From contig OZ336882.1 of the NCBI GenBank assembly GCA_965287045.1, forward strand, positions 19,592,001 to 19,656,000: 64,000 nt of DNA. Reading direction: 5' to 3'. The DNA is from Carcharhinus amblyrhynchos. Its lineage: Eukaryota. Shown in pieces: positions 1-12,500 of this stretch (within the stretch, counting starts at the first letter, position 1; every line of letters starts with the position of its first letter). Below the pieces are notes generated by a model. It was not told where the DNA came from, searched no databases, and was given only the letters and a program-made list of their open reading frames with translations. A program made the translations under genes and the position numbers.

Positions 1-132
1 AGGTAGATCCATAGAATTAGTTGCAGAAATAGGACAAGGGAACACAGGTTCGCAACCATTTTGAGATGATTTAGGACTCATATTGGACATGTCCTCTATA
101 CAGTTAATGATTTATATGTGAAATATATGGAG

Positions 133-3100
133 TTCATTCATTCACACAGTATGAGTGTCACTGGCTCAGCTATCGTTTATTGTCCATCACTAATTTCCCT
201 TGAGAAGGTGATGGTGCGCTGCCTTCTTGAACTGCCGCAGCCCATGTGGCATAGGTACACCCACAGGGAGCAATTCCAGGATTTTGACCCAATAAAAATG
301 AAAGAGCTGCAGTCTACTTTCAAGTCAGGATGCTAAGTAGCTTGGAGTGAAATTTGCAGATGGTGTGTTCCTATACATCTGCTGCCCTTGTCCTTCTAGG
401 TAGAGGGCACAGATTTAAAAGATGCTATTAAAAGAACCTTGGTTAGTTACTGCAGTGCATCTTATAGGTAATGCACAATGCTGCTACTATGCGTTGGTGG
501 TGGTGCAAGTGAATATATAGAATCATGGATGGGGTGCCAATCAAGCAGGTTCCTTTATCCTGGATGACTTTGAGCTTCTTGAATGTTGTTGGAGTTGTAT
601 TCATCCAGGCAAGTGGAGAGTATTCCTTGACACTCCTTAGTTGTGCCTTGTGTTTGGTAGACAGGCTTATGGTTTAGAGAGTTGGGGGTGAGTTATATGC
701 CACAAAACTCCCAGCTGCTGACTTGCTCTTGTAGCCGGAGTATTTATGTGGCTAGCTTCTAGTTAATGGTAACCTCAGCATATTGATACTGTAGGATTCA
801 GTGATAGTATTGCCATTGAAGAGGAGAGGGGCATGATGGTTAGATACATTCTTCTTGGAGTTGGTCATTGCCTGGCCCTTATCAGACACAAATGGTAGTT
901 GCCATTAATCAGCCCACACCTGAATGTTGTCTGGGTATTTCTGCACATGGACACAGGCTTCAGTAACTGAGGAGCTACGAATGGTTCTGAGCATTGTGCA
1001 ATTATCCGTGAGCTTCCCCAGTCTGGCTTTACGCTTGGACAAACGTCATTAATGAAGTAACTGAAGAGAACTGGGCCGAAGAGACTGCCGTTCGGAACTC
1101 TTGCATTGATGTTCTGGGACTGAGGTGATTGACCTCAACAAGTACAACAATCTTCATCAACTTGTTATGACTCCAAGTAGTGCAAATTTTTCTCCCTGAT
1201 CCCATTGACTTTAGTTTTGCTCTTTGGTGCGACAATTCAAAAAAAGCTGTCCTGATGACAAGGGCAGTCAGATTAATCTTACCTCTTGCGTTCAGCTCTT
1301 TCATCCATCTTTGGACCAAGACAGGAGCTGAGTCGCCCTGGTATAGCCCAAATTGAGCATTAATGATCAGGTCATTTCTGTATAAGTGCCGCTTGATTGC
1401 ACTGTCGACAACCTCTTCCATTGCTTTGATCGAGGGGAAACTAATAGGGCAGGAATTGGTCTGGATGGATTTGGCCTGCTGTTTGTGGGCAGGACTAAGC
1501 TGGGCAATTTTCCACATTGTTGGGTAGATGCTGGTGTTGTGACTGTATTGGAATTGCTTGGCTAGAGTTACGGCGAGTTCTGGAGCACAAGTCTTCAGTA
1601 GAATTGCTGAAATGTTGTCAGGGCTCGTTACATTTGCAGCATCCAGTGCCTTCAACTGTTTCTTGATATCACATGGAGTGTATCGAATTGGGTGAAGGCT
1701 GTTGTGCGACACTTTCACCGTGCTAAATGGAATAGATTTCAAACCAGTTCAGCAACTCAAAACTGGGCATCCATGGGGCATCTGTGATACTGCGGGCCTC
1801 AGGAGCAGACTGAAATAGATCATCCACCTGGCACTTCTGGTTGAAGATAGTCGCAAATGCTTCAGCCTTGTCTTTGACATTGACGTGCTGGGCTCCCCCA
1901 TCGTTCAGTATGGTGATATTTGTTGAGCCTCTTATTATCAGTTATTACAATGTGCACCACGTTCATGACTGCATATGGCAGGTCTGCAGAGCGTAGAGCA
2001 GATCCATCAATTGTGGGTTTGCTTATCTCTGTGTGCCATATGCTGGTTCCATAGTTTATCGTGTAGTAGTCCTGTGTTATAGCTCCATTAGGCTGACACC
2101 TCATTTTTAGTTATCCCTGGTGCTGCTCCTGGCATACACTTCTGCGCTCTTCATTGAACCAGGTTTGATCCCCTGGCTGGGTGGTAATGGTACAGTGGGG
2201 GATATGTCCTACCCATAAGGTTACAGATTGTGGTTGTGTACAGTTCTGCTGCTGTTATTAGCCCACTGTGCCTCATGGATGCCCAAGTTTGAATTGTTAG
2301 ATCTGTTTGAAATCTGTCCTATTTAGCACAGTGGTAGGTAGTGCCGCACAACATGATGAAGGTTATCTTGAGTGTGAGGATGGAACTTTACCTCCACAAG
2401 ATTTAGCGATCACTCCCATCAATACTGTCATGGAGAGATGCATCTGCAATAGGTAGATTATTGAGGATGGAGTCAAGAATGCTTTTCTCTCTTGTTGGTT
2501 TTCTCACCACTTGCTACAGACCCAGTTCATCTCCTTTAGGACACAGTCAGTAATGATGCAATCAAGCCATTCTTGGTGATGGCCATTTCAATCCTCCAAC
2601 CAGAGACCATTGAGCATTGTGAGCCCTTACCATCCTCGGAGCTTCATCCAAGTAGTGTTCAAAGTGGAGGAGCACTGATTCACCAGCTGAGTTGGGGGTG
2701 CGGGAGGAGATGATGGCTGTAAAATTGATTTATTTCTATGTGCCACTCCCATTGTGAAAGTCATCACTATTGGAATAGTGGATCACTCACTGTATTAGCT
2801 GCAGTTGGCTAACCTCTCTGAAAGAATATGCCATTGGATTCTGGACTCGCATGAAACAATTGTTCTTATTTTGTCTGTGGTCTTTGCTGCATATTTCTTT
2901 CTTTCTCTTATTATTCTTTCGTTGTGTCCATGTTTGATGTGATGCCATGAGATATTATGAGGTCCAGGCTTAGAACAATTCCCCCCGGCTGCATACCACT
3001 GTCCTGTTGGGTCTGTCCTGCCATTGGGACAGAATATACACAAGGGTGGTTATAAAGGAGTTTGGGACATTGAATGTAAGGTGTAACTTCTAAGTATGAC

Positions 3101-3580
3101 TTTGTCTGGTGGTTGCTTGACTATCCCTATTTTGATACAAGTTCCCAGGTGTTTGTAAGGAGGACTTTGCAGGATTGACAGAATTGAATTTTCAGAGTTG
3201 TCAGTTCCAATGCCTCGGTAAACGTCCATCAGGTTTCTTTCCTTTTTGTAGTCGTTTTTACTCTTAGACGTACGAGTGGCTTGCAAGACCATTTCAATGC
3301 ATTTAAAAGTCAACCATGTTGCTGTGGGTCTGGAGGCCATACCAGGTAATGACAGCACATTTCATTCCCTAAAGAACATGAGTGAACTAGGTGGGATACT
3401 ATAACAATTGACAACGGTTTGTTAGCCACCATTACTGAGACTAGACTTTAGTTATAGATCTTTTAAGAATTGAATTGAAATTCCATCAGCTACCATGGTT
3501 GGTTTTGAATATGTGTCTATGCAATATTGGCCTTCCCTTCCAGATTATTGGTCCAGTGACATATCACTTTGTCATTGCCT
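133..3580 (-). mobile_element. Decayed near-full-length non-LTR retrotransposon (CR1/L2-group, APE + RT) with a tRNA-like 5' head
   Basis: RT remnant in ORF 1029-1742 (LKTCAPELAVTLAKQFQYSHNTSIYPTMWKIAQ...PISF, AQFG). APE remnants IVKQPPDKVILRSY, GPHNISWHHIKHG and SAGESVLLHFEHYLDEA. Many stops and frameshifts. The 3' end (133-210) matches the tail of the SINE at 9528-9885 and the 5' end (3275-3580) matches that SINE's head. Confidence 0.8.
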
Positions 3581-3914
3581 TGCCATTTAGAAAACATTTT
3601 GATTTTGCTTGTGTCCCAGAACTAAGACCACAATGTACATGTTTATATACACAATATATATTTATGTATGTATCAGCTTGGGTAATTTATAAAATCTTTA
3701 CAAATTGGACAAAGGTTTCACAATGAATCCATTGCTGACTGTAACATGCACTCTCGGAAGTTCCTAGCATTCAGTGTTATACAGCTTTAACTTAAACACC
3801 TTCCAAGCAATCCAGTTTAATGAGACAAACAAGGACAGTAATTCAATTATTTCTTTATTTAATACTTCTAGTATCAACTCAAACATAAACAGTTGCAACT
3901 CACTCCCTCTTTAC

Positions 3915-4028
3915 TGAACATTAACTGAACATTCATTTCTCACTGAATTTTAACTCTTAAACTGCACTTCAACTTTAACTGAATGTCAACTTTAACTAAA
4001 TATCAGTTTTAACTATTTAACTGAAAAC
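3915..4028. repeat. Degenerate low-complexity (TTTAACT-like) tandem repeat
   Basis: Repeated TTAACT/TTTAACT units visible in the sequence. Confidence 0.5.
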
Positions 4029-4534
4029 AGATACTACTGAGTTTAGGGAAACCTTGGCCAAGAAATATCCTCGATGTAGAATCTATCTTCTTGTTTTCAG
4101 GGTACACTTCTTCTTGTGATGGTTGGTCTTTTCGAATTGTCACTGCCAAACGAAGAACTGCATTGTCTTTTATCCACAATTCTCCATTCATTTCCAGAAG
4201 ATTCACTGTCATCCAGTCAATTGTGTAACCAGAAACTGATCACATGTCTCCAACATCCAGTGAAATTACTTTTGAACGACGCCATAACACTTAGTTCATT
4301 TGACATGTACCGTACATAGCAGCCATATAAATCAAAGTCACATTGTTTAAGTTAATATAAACAACTTCCCTTATCTGGGAAGCTTCAGATCACAGCTCCC
4401 AGACAGGAGTCTCTTTACAACTTGCATCTGGTTTTAATCTATAAATTGACCAAAGATACCAGCATGCTTAGCTCTCAGCCAGAATAGCCATTTTAAAGCG
4501 ACTATTTCCCTGATTAAATTGTTTCATTTTTTGT

Positions 4535-4830
4535 TTTTATTTATTAGTTTGGCAAGTAGGCTTACATTAACACTGTAATGAAGTTACTGTGAAAAACCCC
4601 CCAATCACCACACTCTGGCACCTGTTCGGGTACACTGAGGGAGAATTTAGCATGGCCAATGCACCTAACCAACATGTCTTTTGGACTGTGGAAGGAAATT
4701 GGAGCGCCCGGAGGAAACCCACAGACATGGGAAAATATGCAGACTTCGCACAGTCAGTGACCCATGCCGGGAATCGAGCCCAAGTCCCTGGCACTGTGAG
4801 GCAGCAGTGCTAACCACTGTGCCACCATGC
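4535..4830 (-). mobile_element. HE1-like tRNA-derived V-SINE, tail type B
   Basis: Reverse strand reads GGTGGCACAGTGGTTAGCACTGCTGCCTCACAG head, V-like core GGGTTTCCTCCGGG..CTCC, and tail CAGTAACTTCATT.CAGTGTTAATGTAAGCCTACTTG. Confidence 0.85.
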
Positions 4831-5009
4831 TTCCTGTTCATAAGTTTGCTGTAAGGTTATTAATAGAGGATTGAATTACTCCAAAACAGAAGGACAACGG
4901 AAAATATGCCACCATATATAAAATGGAATTTTTAAAAAAAAAAGTCTCCTTCCCATTTACAGATGGGCAGTGAGGGGAGAAATCAGGGCTGTTTTAAATT
5001 AAAAGTAAA

Positions 5010-5290
5010 GTTAAAGTAAAGGTTATTTATTAGTCACAAGTAAGGCTTACATTAACACTGCAGTGAAGTTACTGTGAGATTCCCCTAGTTGTCACATTCT
5101 GATGCCTGTTCGGGTCAATGTATCTAACGACCACATCTTTCAGACTGAGAGAGGAAACCGGAGTACGCAGAGGAAACCCACGCAGACACGGGGAGAATGT
5201 GCAAACAGGCAGTGACCCAAGCCGGGAATCAAACCCGAGTCCCTGGTGCTGTGAAGCAGCAATGCTAACCACTGTGCCACCATGCTGCCC
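5010..5290 (-). mobile_element. HE1-like SINE, tail type B
   Basis: Same head, core and tail B as 4535-4830. Confidence 0.85.
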
Positions 5291-5424
5291 ATGATTAGCC
5301 AATCCTCTTCTCATCCGTCGCATACAGATGAAGTAAGATGAATCCAAGAGCTTTTCCCTTGGCTTTGTTTATTTTCAAACCTTAATAAGTTGAGCCCAGT
5401 GTAGTAATAGCTGCTATTTTCAGA

Positions 5425-5600
5425 GAATCATAGAATCCCTACAGTGCAAAAGGAGACAATTTGGCCCATCGAGCCTGCACTGACCACAATCCAACCCAGA
5501 CCCTGTCCCTATAATCCCACAAATTCACCCAGCTCATCTCCCTGACACTAGTGGGCAACTTACCATGGCCAATGCACCTAACCCACACATCTTTGGATTT
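5425..5600 (-). mobile_element. HE1-like SINE 3' fragment, tail type A
   Basis: AGAATCATAGAATCCCTACAGTGCA..GGCCCATCGAG tail on the reverse strand; head absent. Confidence 0.75.
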
Positions 5601-6726
5601 TAAACAATCATAAAGTTATTGTGACTCAGGTAGAAAGTGTAGCAGGGGCAACATATTTGTGAACAGTTGTACTGCTTGGTTCTTGGAGTCCTTACTGTAC
5701 CAGCTTAGTTAGCGCAACAGGAGTCAAATTGAGTTTTTATACACCAGTTCCTAATTGGCAGGAGTTCATGGCACAAAACTACCATCAGTTTGGCACAAAC
5801 AGCTCTTAAATTAGCTGTCTCACTCCCAGAAGCCACAATGATGTTTGATGTGCAAAATAAGGATTAACTGTGGGTACAAAAGGATGCTTTCTTTTGAGGT
5901 TGGGAATAAAGCATATCATTGAGCGGCTGCAAATGATGCAACTACTGCATCTGACTGCTTTCCTTTTCATTTGGATGCTGAAACCACATGCCAAAAATAC
6001 AAAAAAAAAAGATCCATTACTCCAACACTGACACCTTCTACCTTGATGCGCAAAGTATGAATAAATCACGTAAAAATGGAGAACAGAGTCTCTGAACTGT
6101 TAGGAGTGTGAAATTTCAGACTGCTTTTTTACTTGAGGATTTTGCATCAGTAAAGTGTGAAAGTGCATTTCACTGAACGGACCAAGGCAAATTTAAATAA
6201 AAGTGTGACATTGCTATTTTAAAAATAAAACTGCCAGTGTCCACAGTGAGCATTGTTTTAAAAGCGTGTTTCATTAATAATCATCCATAGGTGTGTAACA
6301 TGTTGTTGGAACACGTTTGATTCAGTCTGGAATGCTTACTTCCAGCAATTGTCATTCACTGCATAAATATTTAGCCTTTACTACTTCACGGTGTACACAG
6401 CAGCGTTCATTGCTGGCTGTGCATAATACACGCTCAGTCAGTTAAAATACTTTCTGTCCCGTAACACAAAACTGACAGGTGAATTGTTGGCTGCTCTCCT
6501 CTCCACACAATGTCAATCACGGTGCTCTCTGCCCAGTAACACGTTCTGTCAATTTAAATTATCTGCAGCATAAGCGTGGTGGAGAATTTCCCACCAGATG
6601 TGTCTCTGCAGGACACTCAATGTCAAATGGGAAGACAGGCGAATAAACTCCAACCCCCTCAAAAAGCCCAACAACCACTCCCTCCCCCTCCCAGCATCGC
6701 GTGGTTATGCAAGATCAAGTCCACTG

Positions 6727-6880
6727 GTAGATTTCTGATAGACAGGGGAATTAAGGATTATGGGGAGCAAGCGGGAAAGTGGAACTGATCCGCTTCAGAT
6801 CAGCCATGATCTTATTGAGTGGCGGGGCAGGCTCGAGGGGCTAGATGGCCTACTCCTGCTCCTATTCCTTTTCTTATGTT
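6727..6880 (+). mobile_element. CR1 LINE 3' end fragment
   Basis: RFLIDRGIKDYGEQAGKWN* followed by 3' UTR GATCAGCCATGATCTTATTGA..GGCCTACTCCTGCTCCTATT..CTTATG. Confidence 0.85.
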
Positions 6881-6884
6881 ATTA

Positions 6885-7355
6885 GTCTGCACACTGCACC
6901 TGCATGCCACATAATCAGGTTCTGGAGCAAACTCTCTTTTCATAACCGAAGGATAGCACCCAATCTCAAGGAGGGCAGATGAAACATTTTAAGAACATTC
7001 TAAAGGCCTCCTTGAAAAGGGGACAGTAAGAAATCTCATAACACCAGCTTAAAACACCAGGTTGAAAAGGGGACAACACTGGCCACACGCATTGCCATTT
7101 ATGGTGGCCCCTCATCTAACAAAACAGTCAGGAACTGACTTCATAAACTCTGCTGAAGGGAAGCGGTGCAAATGGATGGAGAGAGAACAGAACCCTGGCT
7201 AGAAAACCCCCCTTTCCTTGGAACAATTTCTTCCCCCTCTTCCCAAAGACCTGCAGCTCCAGGACTGGCCTGCTGAGTCACCAAAGGGTACACAAATCAT
7301 GAAGTCTGGAAGATGTCACCCTCATTTCGAAGGACTGACAATGAAAACAACAACT
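6885..7355 (+). mobile_element. RTE-clade LINE 3' remnant
   Basis: Translates to SQGGQMKHFKNILKASLK, matching the RTE C-terminal motif GGQxKRFKDxLKxSLK. RTE-like tail near 7310-7355. Confidence 0.65.
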
Positions 7356-8164
7356 GATCTAGTCATTTACCTAAAAATGCACAATCCATCAGTCATAGCA
7401 CTGCCTGTCTCTTAACAACCATTCCTTCAGTTACAGAGTTAAAACCTTGCCCAGATTCTGCGGTAGAAATAGCAGTGAGGCTATCTCTGGAGTCAAATGG
7501 AGAGCAATTTTTGGCATAAAGTGTCCTAGTTGTTGCCCAGAGAAGCACTCCTACCCCTCCTGGCCCACATGGAAACAGTAAAAAAATTTTAAATGACCTC
7601 ACTGGTCCTTGGATCTAGTTGTCACCAGATCTGCCCATTTTGGTCAGCACTACATGTGGCTCATTAGGGTCCAATTGATGTCATTACGACTTGGTTTTGA
7701 ACATTTCGTAATGCCATTGTTGACCTGTAACAAGTGTGTCACAAGCTTCTTAAACCTGTGAGTTACCGTAGTAGCCAACATCACTGCAGCACGAACGGAA
7801 TTGTAAGTACCCTGCCCCCTCTTTTAGGGCCCTGCATTCCCCATTCTCATTGGATGGATGCAGGGGAGTTATATTTAGAACTATTCTGACGTTCAAATCA
7901 CTGACTGTGTAAAATATGCTTCAATGTTAGCCTACTCCCTCACACTGCTGAATCTGTCAACTCCAGAAGTTAATAGTAGCCAGCAGTGTACCTTCCATTT
8001 TAGGGCAAAAAAGCAATCAAGAAAATACATTTGTTCACACCCAATGTCAGCAGTGTACATTAATGGTTTTAGTTTCTTGTCATCTCCTTGTACTTACTGC
8101 AAAATAGAGAAGTGTGCACACTTTAGGATATCCCAACATGTACACATATCCTCCTTCTAACTAG

Positions 8165-8460
8165 TCGGTGGCATGGTGCACAGTGGTTAGCACTGCTGCC
8201 TCACAGAGCCAGGGACCCAGGTGTGAATCCCAGCTTGGGTCACTGTCTGTGTGGAGTCTGCACGTTCTCCCCCTGTCTGTGTGGGTTTCCTCCCAGTTCT
8301 CCAATTTCCTCTCACAGTTGGAAAGATGTGCTGGTTCAGTGCATTGGCCATGCTAAATTCGCCCTCGGTGTACCCGAACAGCCGTAGCTGATTTTCACAG
8401 TAACTTCATTGCAGTGTTACTGTCAGCCTGCTGTGACAATAATAAATAAACTTTAAACTT
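8165..8460 (+). mobile_element. HE1-like SINE, tail type B
   Basis: Head GCACAGTGGTTAGCACTGCTGCCTCACAG; tail CACAGTAACTTCATTGCAGTG..TGTGACAATAATAAATAAAC. Confidence 0.85.
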
Positions 8461-9354
8461 TTTAGTAACACAAAGATCCTGGAGGATCATCATGACTTGA
8501 AATGTTCACTCTGTTTTTTATAGAATCATCTGTTCGGGGGTTTAGCTGGGTGAATGCGTGGGGTTACAGAGATTTGGCAAGGGGTGGGCCTTAAAAAGAT
8601 CTTCTACCAGAGAGTCAGTGCAGACTCAATGGACCAAATGGCCATCTTTTGCACTGTAGGCATTCAAAGCAAAAGGTAGAGGTGAGGAAACAATGATATG
8701 ACTTACATTGCTTCAGCTCTGTCTTATTGGTTCAAATCCAAATCCAATTCGCAATATATTAAAAATTGAAGTCTTATCCAAATGCTGTGAGGCAGCATGT
8801 CCAGCATGACCCAAGTACCCCTCACACATGTAACTTTATTTCAGAGCCAGGGTACATGCTGCAACAGCCCTGTGATATGAATGATGTTGATATAATCGTA
8901 AGTTATTTTGTTATCAACTTCCTCTACTTGCTACAGTCCTCTTATCTATATTTTCCCAGGTCTGAAAGCCTTTTTTTTAAATTAACTTCAGTAGTCGTCT
9001 GAACCAAATACCATAGTTTCAAGTTCTCAGGATGCATGTGTAATTTGCTGTTTCAGCAGATGGAGAATTGTTTCTGTTCAAATTTATGTTCTGTCTTTAC
9101 TTTTCATTTAACCTTTTTCGTTCATTTCTCTTAATAATCCCCTGCTTTGCTCACTTCAAAGCGTTTGAAGTCAACATTTAATTTGAAGCATTTGCCCAGT
9201 CTATTTTGACAGTCTATTTTGTGCGTTTTGGAGCCTGTTGTAATTCACCATTTCAAGCCAAATATATTTATTTTCTGTAAGGGTGAGATATCTGAAATTT
9301 GGAAATAAAGGTAATGTGCAGACTTCAGTACATAAAACCATTAGACGGAGAAGC

Positions 9355-9510
9355 AGAAGTGCGCCACTCGGCCCATTGAGTCTGCTTCACCATTCAATGA
9401 CTTCATGAATGATCTGATGGGATAATCCTCAACTCCACTTTCCCACCTAATCCCCCAACATCCTGATTCCCATCCTGATTAAAAATCTGTCAGTCTTAGC
9501 CTTGAACATT
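9355..9510 (-). mobile_element. CR1 LINE 3' end fragment
   Basis: Reverse-strand CR1 3' UTR (GGCCCATTGAGTCTGC..CCATTCAAT..CTCAACTCCACTTTCCC). Confidence 0.65.
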
Positions 9511-9527
9511 TAAATGGATAAGTTCAA

Positions 9528-9885
9528 GGGGAGGCGATGGCCTAGTGGTATTATTGCTACACTATTAATCCAGAAACTCAGCGAATGTTCTGGGGACCCA
9601 AATTCAAATCCCGCCATGGCAGATGGTTGAATTTGATTTCAATAAAAAATATCTGGAATTAAGAATGTACTGACGATCATCAAACGATTGTCGATTGTTG
9701 GAAAAACCTACATGGATAATGATTGACCTTTAAGGAAGGAAATCTGCCATCCTTAACTGGTCTGGACGACATGTGACTCCAGAGCCACAACAATATGATT
9801 GACTCTCAACTGCCCTTTAAACAGGGATAGGCAATAATTGTTGGCCAGTCAACAACACTCATATCCCATGAATGAATTAAAAACA
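9528..9885 (+). mobile_element. Second tRNA-derived SINE family (SINE-2 here), full length
   Basis: A box TGGCCTAGTGG at 9538-9548, degenerate B box near 9601-9612, core GGAAGGAAATCTGCC.TCCTT..TGTGACTCCAGAGCCACA, tail GGCAATAA..CCCATGAATGAAT. Several other copies in the window. Confidence 0.85.
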
Positions 9886-10147
9886 AACACTGTTAAATAA
9901 TAAAGAGAGATATGTGAAATGGTACCTGTCCTGGTGCTGGCACTTTGGAAACCCTGATCTGAAGGAATGTTGACTGCCCTGACTGTTAGGATGATACAAC
10001 ATGGACTTGCTGTACCTGTGCCAAAGACATGCAGGGTGGGTGAATCACAAAATGAAGTAACTTCTGACGTTGATTTAATGCATAATTTACTACTTTAGCC
10101 CACGCAGATCTGATTAAAGCCCTCTCTTAATCATTCCTCTTAAAGAC

Positions 10148-10410
10148 TCAAAAGTCTGAGGTCACGTACCAATCGACTCAGGAACAGCTTCTTCCCTGCT
10201 ACCGTTAGACTTTTGAATGGATCGACCATACATTGAGCTGATTTTTCTCCACACCCTAGCTATGACTACAATATTATCTGCACTCTCTCCTTTCCTCTTC
10301 CCTATGTACCCTATGAATGGTATGTGTTGTCTGTATAGCTGGCAAAGAACAATACTTTTCGCTGTATCCCATTGCATGTGACAATAATGAATCAAATCAA
10401 ATCACATCAA
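10148..10410 (+). mobile_element. Rex1/Babar-type LINE 3' end
   Basis: Same 3' region as 19520-20040 and 39145-39830, ending TGTGACAATAAT..ATCAAATCAAATC. Confidence 0.7.
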
Positions 10411-11038
10411 ATCCCAGCTCAATATGCATCCCATTCAGCTGCATGAGTGAGCTCTCACTCTTTACAGTGCTAATTGTCAAATTTCCAGAGGAGGTGCTTT
10501 TGCTGGTACAGGCTTACTTGTTAATTGTTTCAGGAGGGCTGTAGAAAGGGCTGCAAATTAATTAGGTCAAGATGATGGTTTGGATGAAGGAAGAATTAGA
10601 AATCCAAAAGAAAGTGTCAAGAACAGTGCAGCAATGTAGGTAAAGACAAGCAAAGTGGGGCAAGAAGGGACAAAGAGTTGGGCAGTAACAGTGCATCAGC
10701 GAGTAAGACCTTTCAGGGAATATTAACAAAAAAAGGCTCACTATCTGAATACACAATGGATCCACAATAAGATAGACAACATAGCAACACAAATAAAGAT
10801 AAATACTTCACGCATAATTCCCAGAAAAGTGACATGAGGCTGCATTTTAGACATGACTATCCATCATCTCCCCACGCATCCCAGAGGTCACCCCCATAAT
10901 ACAGGGACCTGGGAGGGCACTGAAATTGGCAGCCCACCTGCCACATTTAAACATGTAATCAAGGGACAATTTGACTTGTTATCAAACAATTGACCCTGAT
11001 AATATGCTGCCAATGCCATGAAATATGATGCCAATGCC

Positions 11039-11601
11039 AGCTGGAGTACTGTGTGTAGTTTTGGGCGCCGCACCTGCGCAAAGATATTTTGGCCTTGGAG
11101 GGAGTGCAGAGGAGGTTTACTAGGCTGATACCGGAGTTGAGGGGGTTGAGCTATGAGGAGAGGCTGAATAAACTAGGCTTGTACTCGTTGGAGTTTAGAA
11201 GAATGAGGGGAGATCTCATTGAGACGTATAAGATGATGAATGGGATGGATAGGATAGAGGTGGAGAGACCCTTCCCGCTCAAAAAAGACAGTAGGACTAG
11301 GGGGCACAGCCTCAAGATAAAGGGGGGGCGTTTTAGAACGGAGTTGAGGAGGAACTTCTTCACTCAAAGGGTGGTGAATCTCTGGAATTCTCTACCCGTT
11401 GAAGTGGTGGAGGCTGCCTCGCTAAATATTTTCAAGAAGCGGGTTGATGGGTTTTTGATAAGAGAGGAGATTAAGGGTTATGGGGAGAGGGCCAGAAAGT
11501 GGAACTGAGCCACGACAGATCAGCCATGATCTTATTGAATGGCGGGGCAGGCTCGAAGGGCCAGATGGCCTACTCCTGCTCCTATTTCTTATGTTCTTAT
11601 G
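11039..11601 (+). mobile_element. Young 5'-truncated CR1 LINE
   Basis: Uninterrupted ORF2 C-terminus (ALEGVQRRFTRLIPELRGLSYEERL...RRNFFTQRVVNLWNSLP...KWN*), 3' UTR and CTTATGTT tail. Nearly identical to 61781-62510 and 63057-63680. Confidence 0.95.
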
Positions 11602-12167
11602 AAACAGTTGGGCGGGAGTGGGCAGTTCAATTTTTTAAAAACATTCTTCACGGGGCAGGAAGGAAGGGGGATTCTCTATTTTGGGGGCTGCCCTTTGCCG
11701 ATCGGGAATGCCTCCCGCCCTAAGATTGAGCCCCAAATTCTTCTCACCAGCCTTCCCCAACCAAAACCCCAGACAATCTGTTTCCAGGGAGTCATTGCTC
11801 CTTCTTCTTGTACCTCATTGCAGTTCTGACAGTGCCCATCAATGTGTGCTTGGCACTGAGGTGAGGGGCAGAAGCTCCATTTAGCTCTTATTTAGCCCCC
11901 CACAATATGTTATGACTGTGGACGGTGGGTTCAGGCTGGCATGGAGTGGGTTGGATGTCCACCAACTTTGTTTATGGGAGAGGGGTTGGTGGAGCCATCC
12001 GCACTCACCCCCTGAGAAATTGATCACAAGGTATCAAGGTTCAGAAATAAATACACATTTCAAAAAAAAAAGGCAAAATGGCAAAGGAGAAGGGAGCCCC
12101 CCCCCCCACTGATAGCAAAGGATAACATAAGAATATTAGTGAAAAAGGATCTTGGCTTGGAAGATCT

Positions 12168-12500
12168 TGGCATGGTGGCACAGTGGTCAGCACTGCTGCC
12201 TCACAGCATCATTGATCCAGATTTGATTCCGACCTCAGGTGACTGTCTGTGTGGAGTTTGCATGTTCTCCCTGTATCTGCGTGGGTTTCCTCTGGATGCT
12301 CCGGTTTCCTCCCACAGTTCAAAGATGTGCAGATTAGGTGGATTGGCCAGGCTAAATCATCCCCTAGTCCCCTAACATTAGCATGATAAATATGTGGGGT
12401 TATGGGGATGAGTTATGGGTTGGGTTATGGGTGGGATTGTTGTAGGTTCAGGCTCAATGGACCAAATGGCCGCCTTCTGCACTGTAGTGATTCTATAATT
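12168..12500 (+). mobile_element. HE1-like SINE, tail type A, flanked by a GAAGATC target-site duplication
   Basis: HE1 head, core and tail A; GAAGATC on both sides. Confidence 0.85.

Noticed and set aside
9528-9620. tRNA gene
   Set aside because: The A/B boxes belong to a SINE head that continues into SINE core and tail; no intact cloverleaf.
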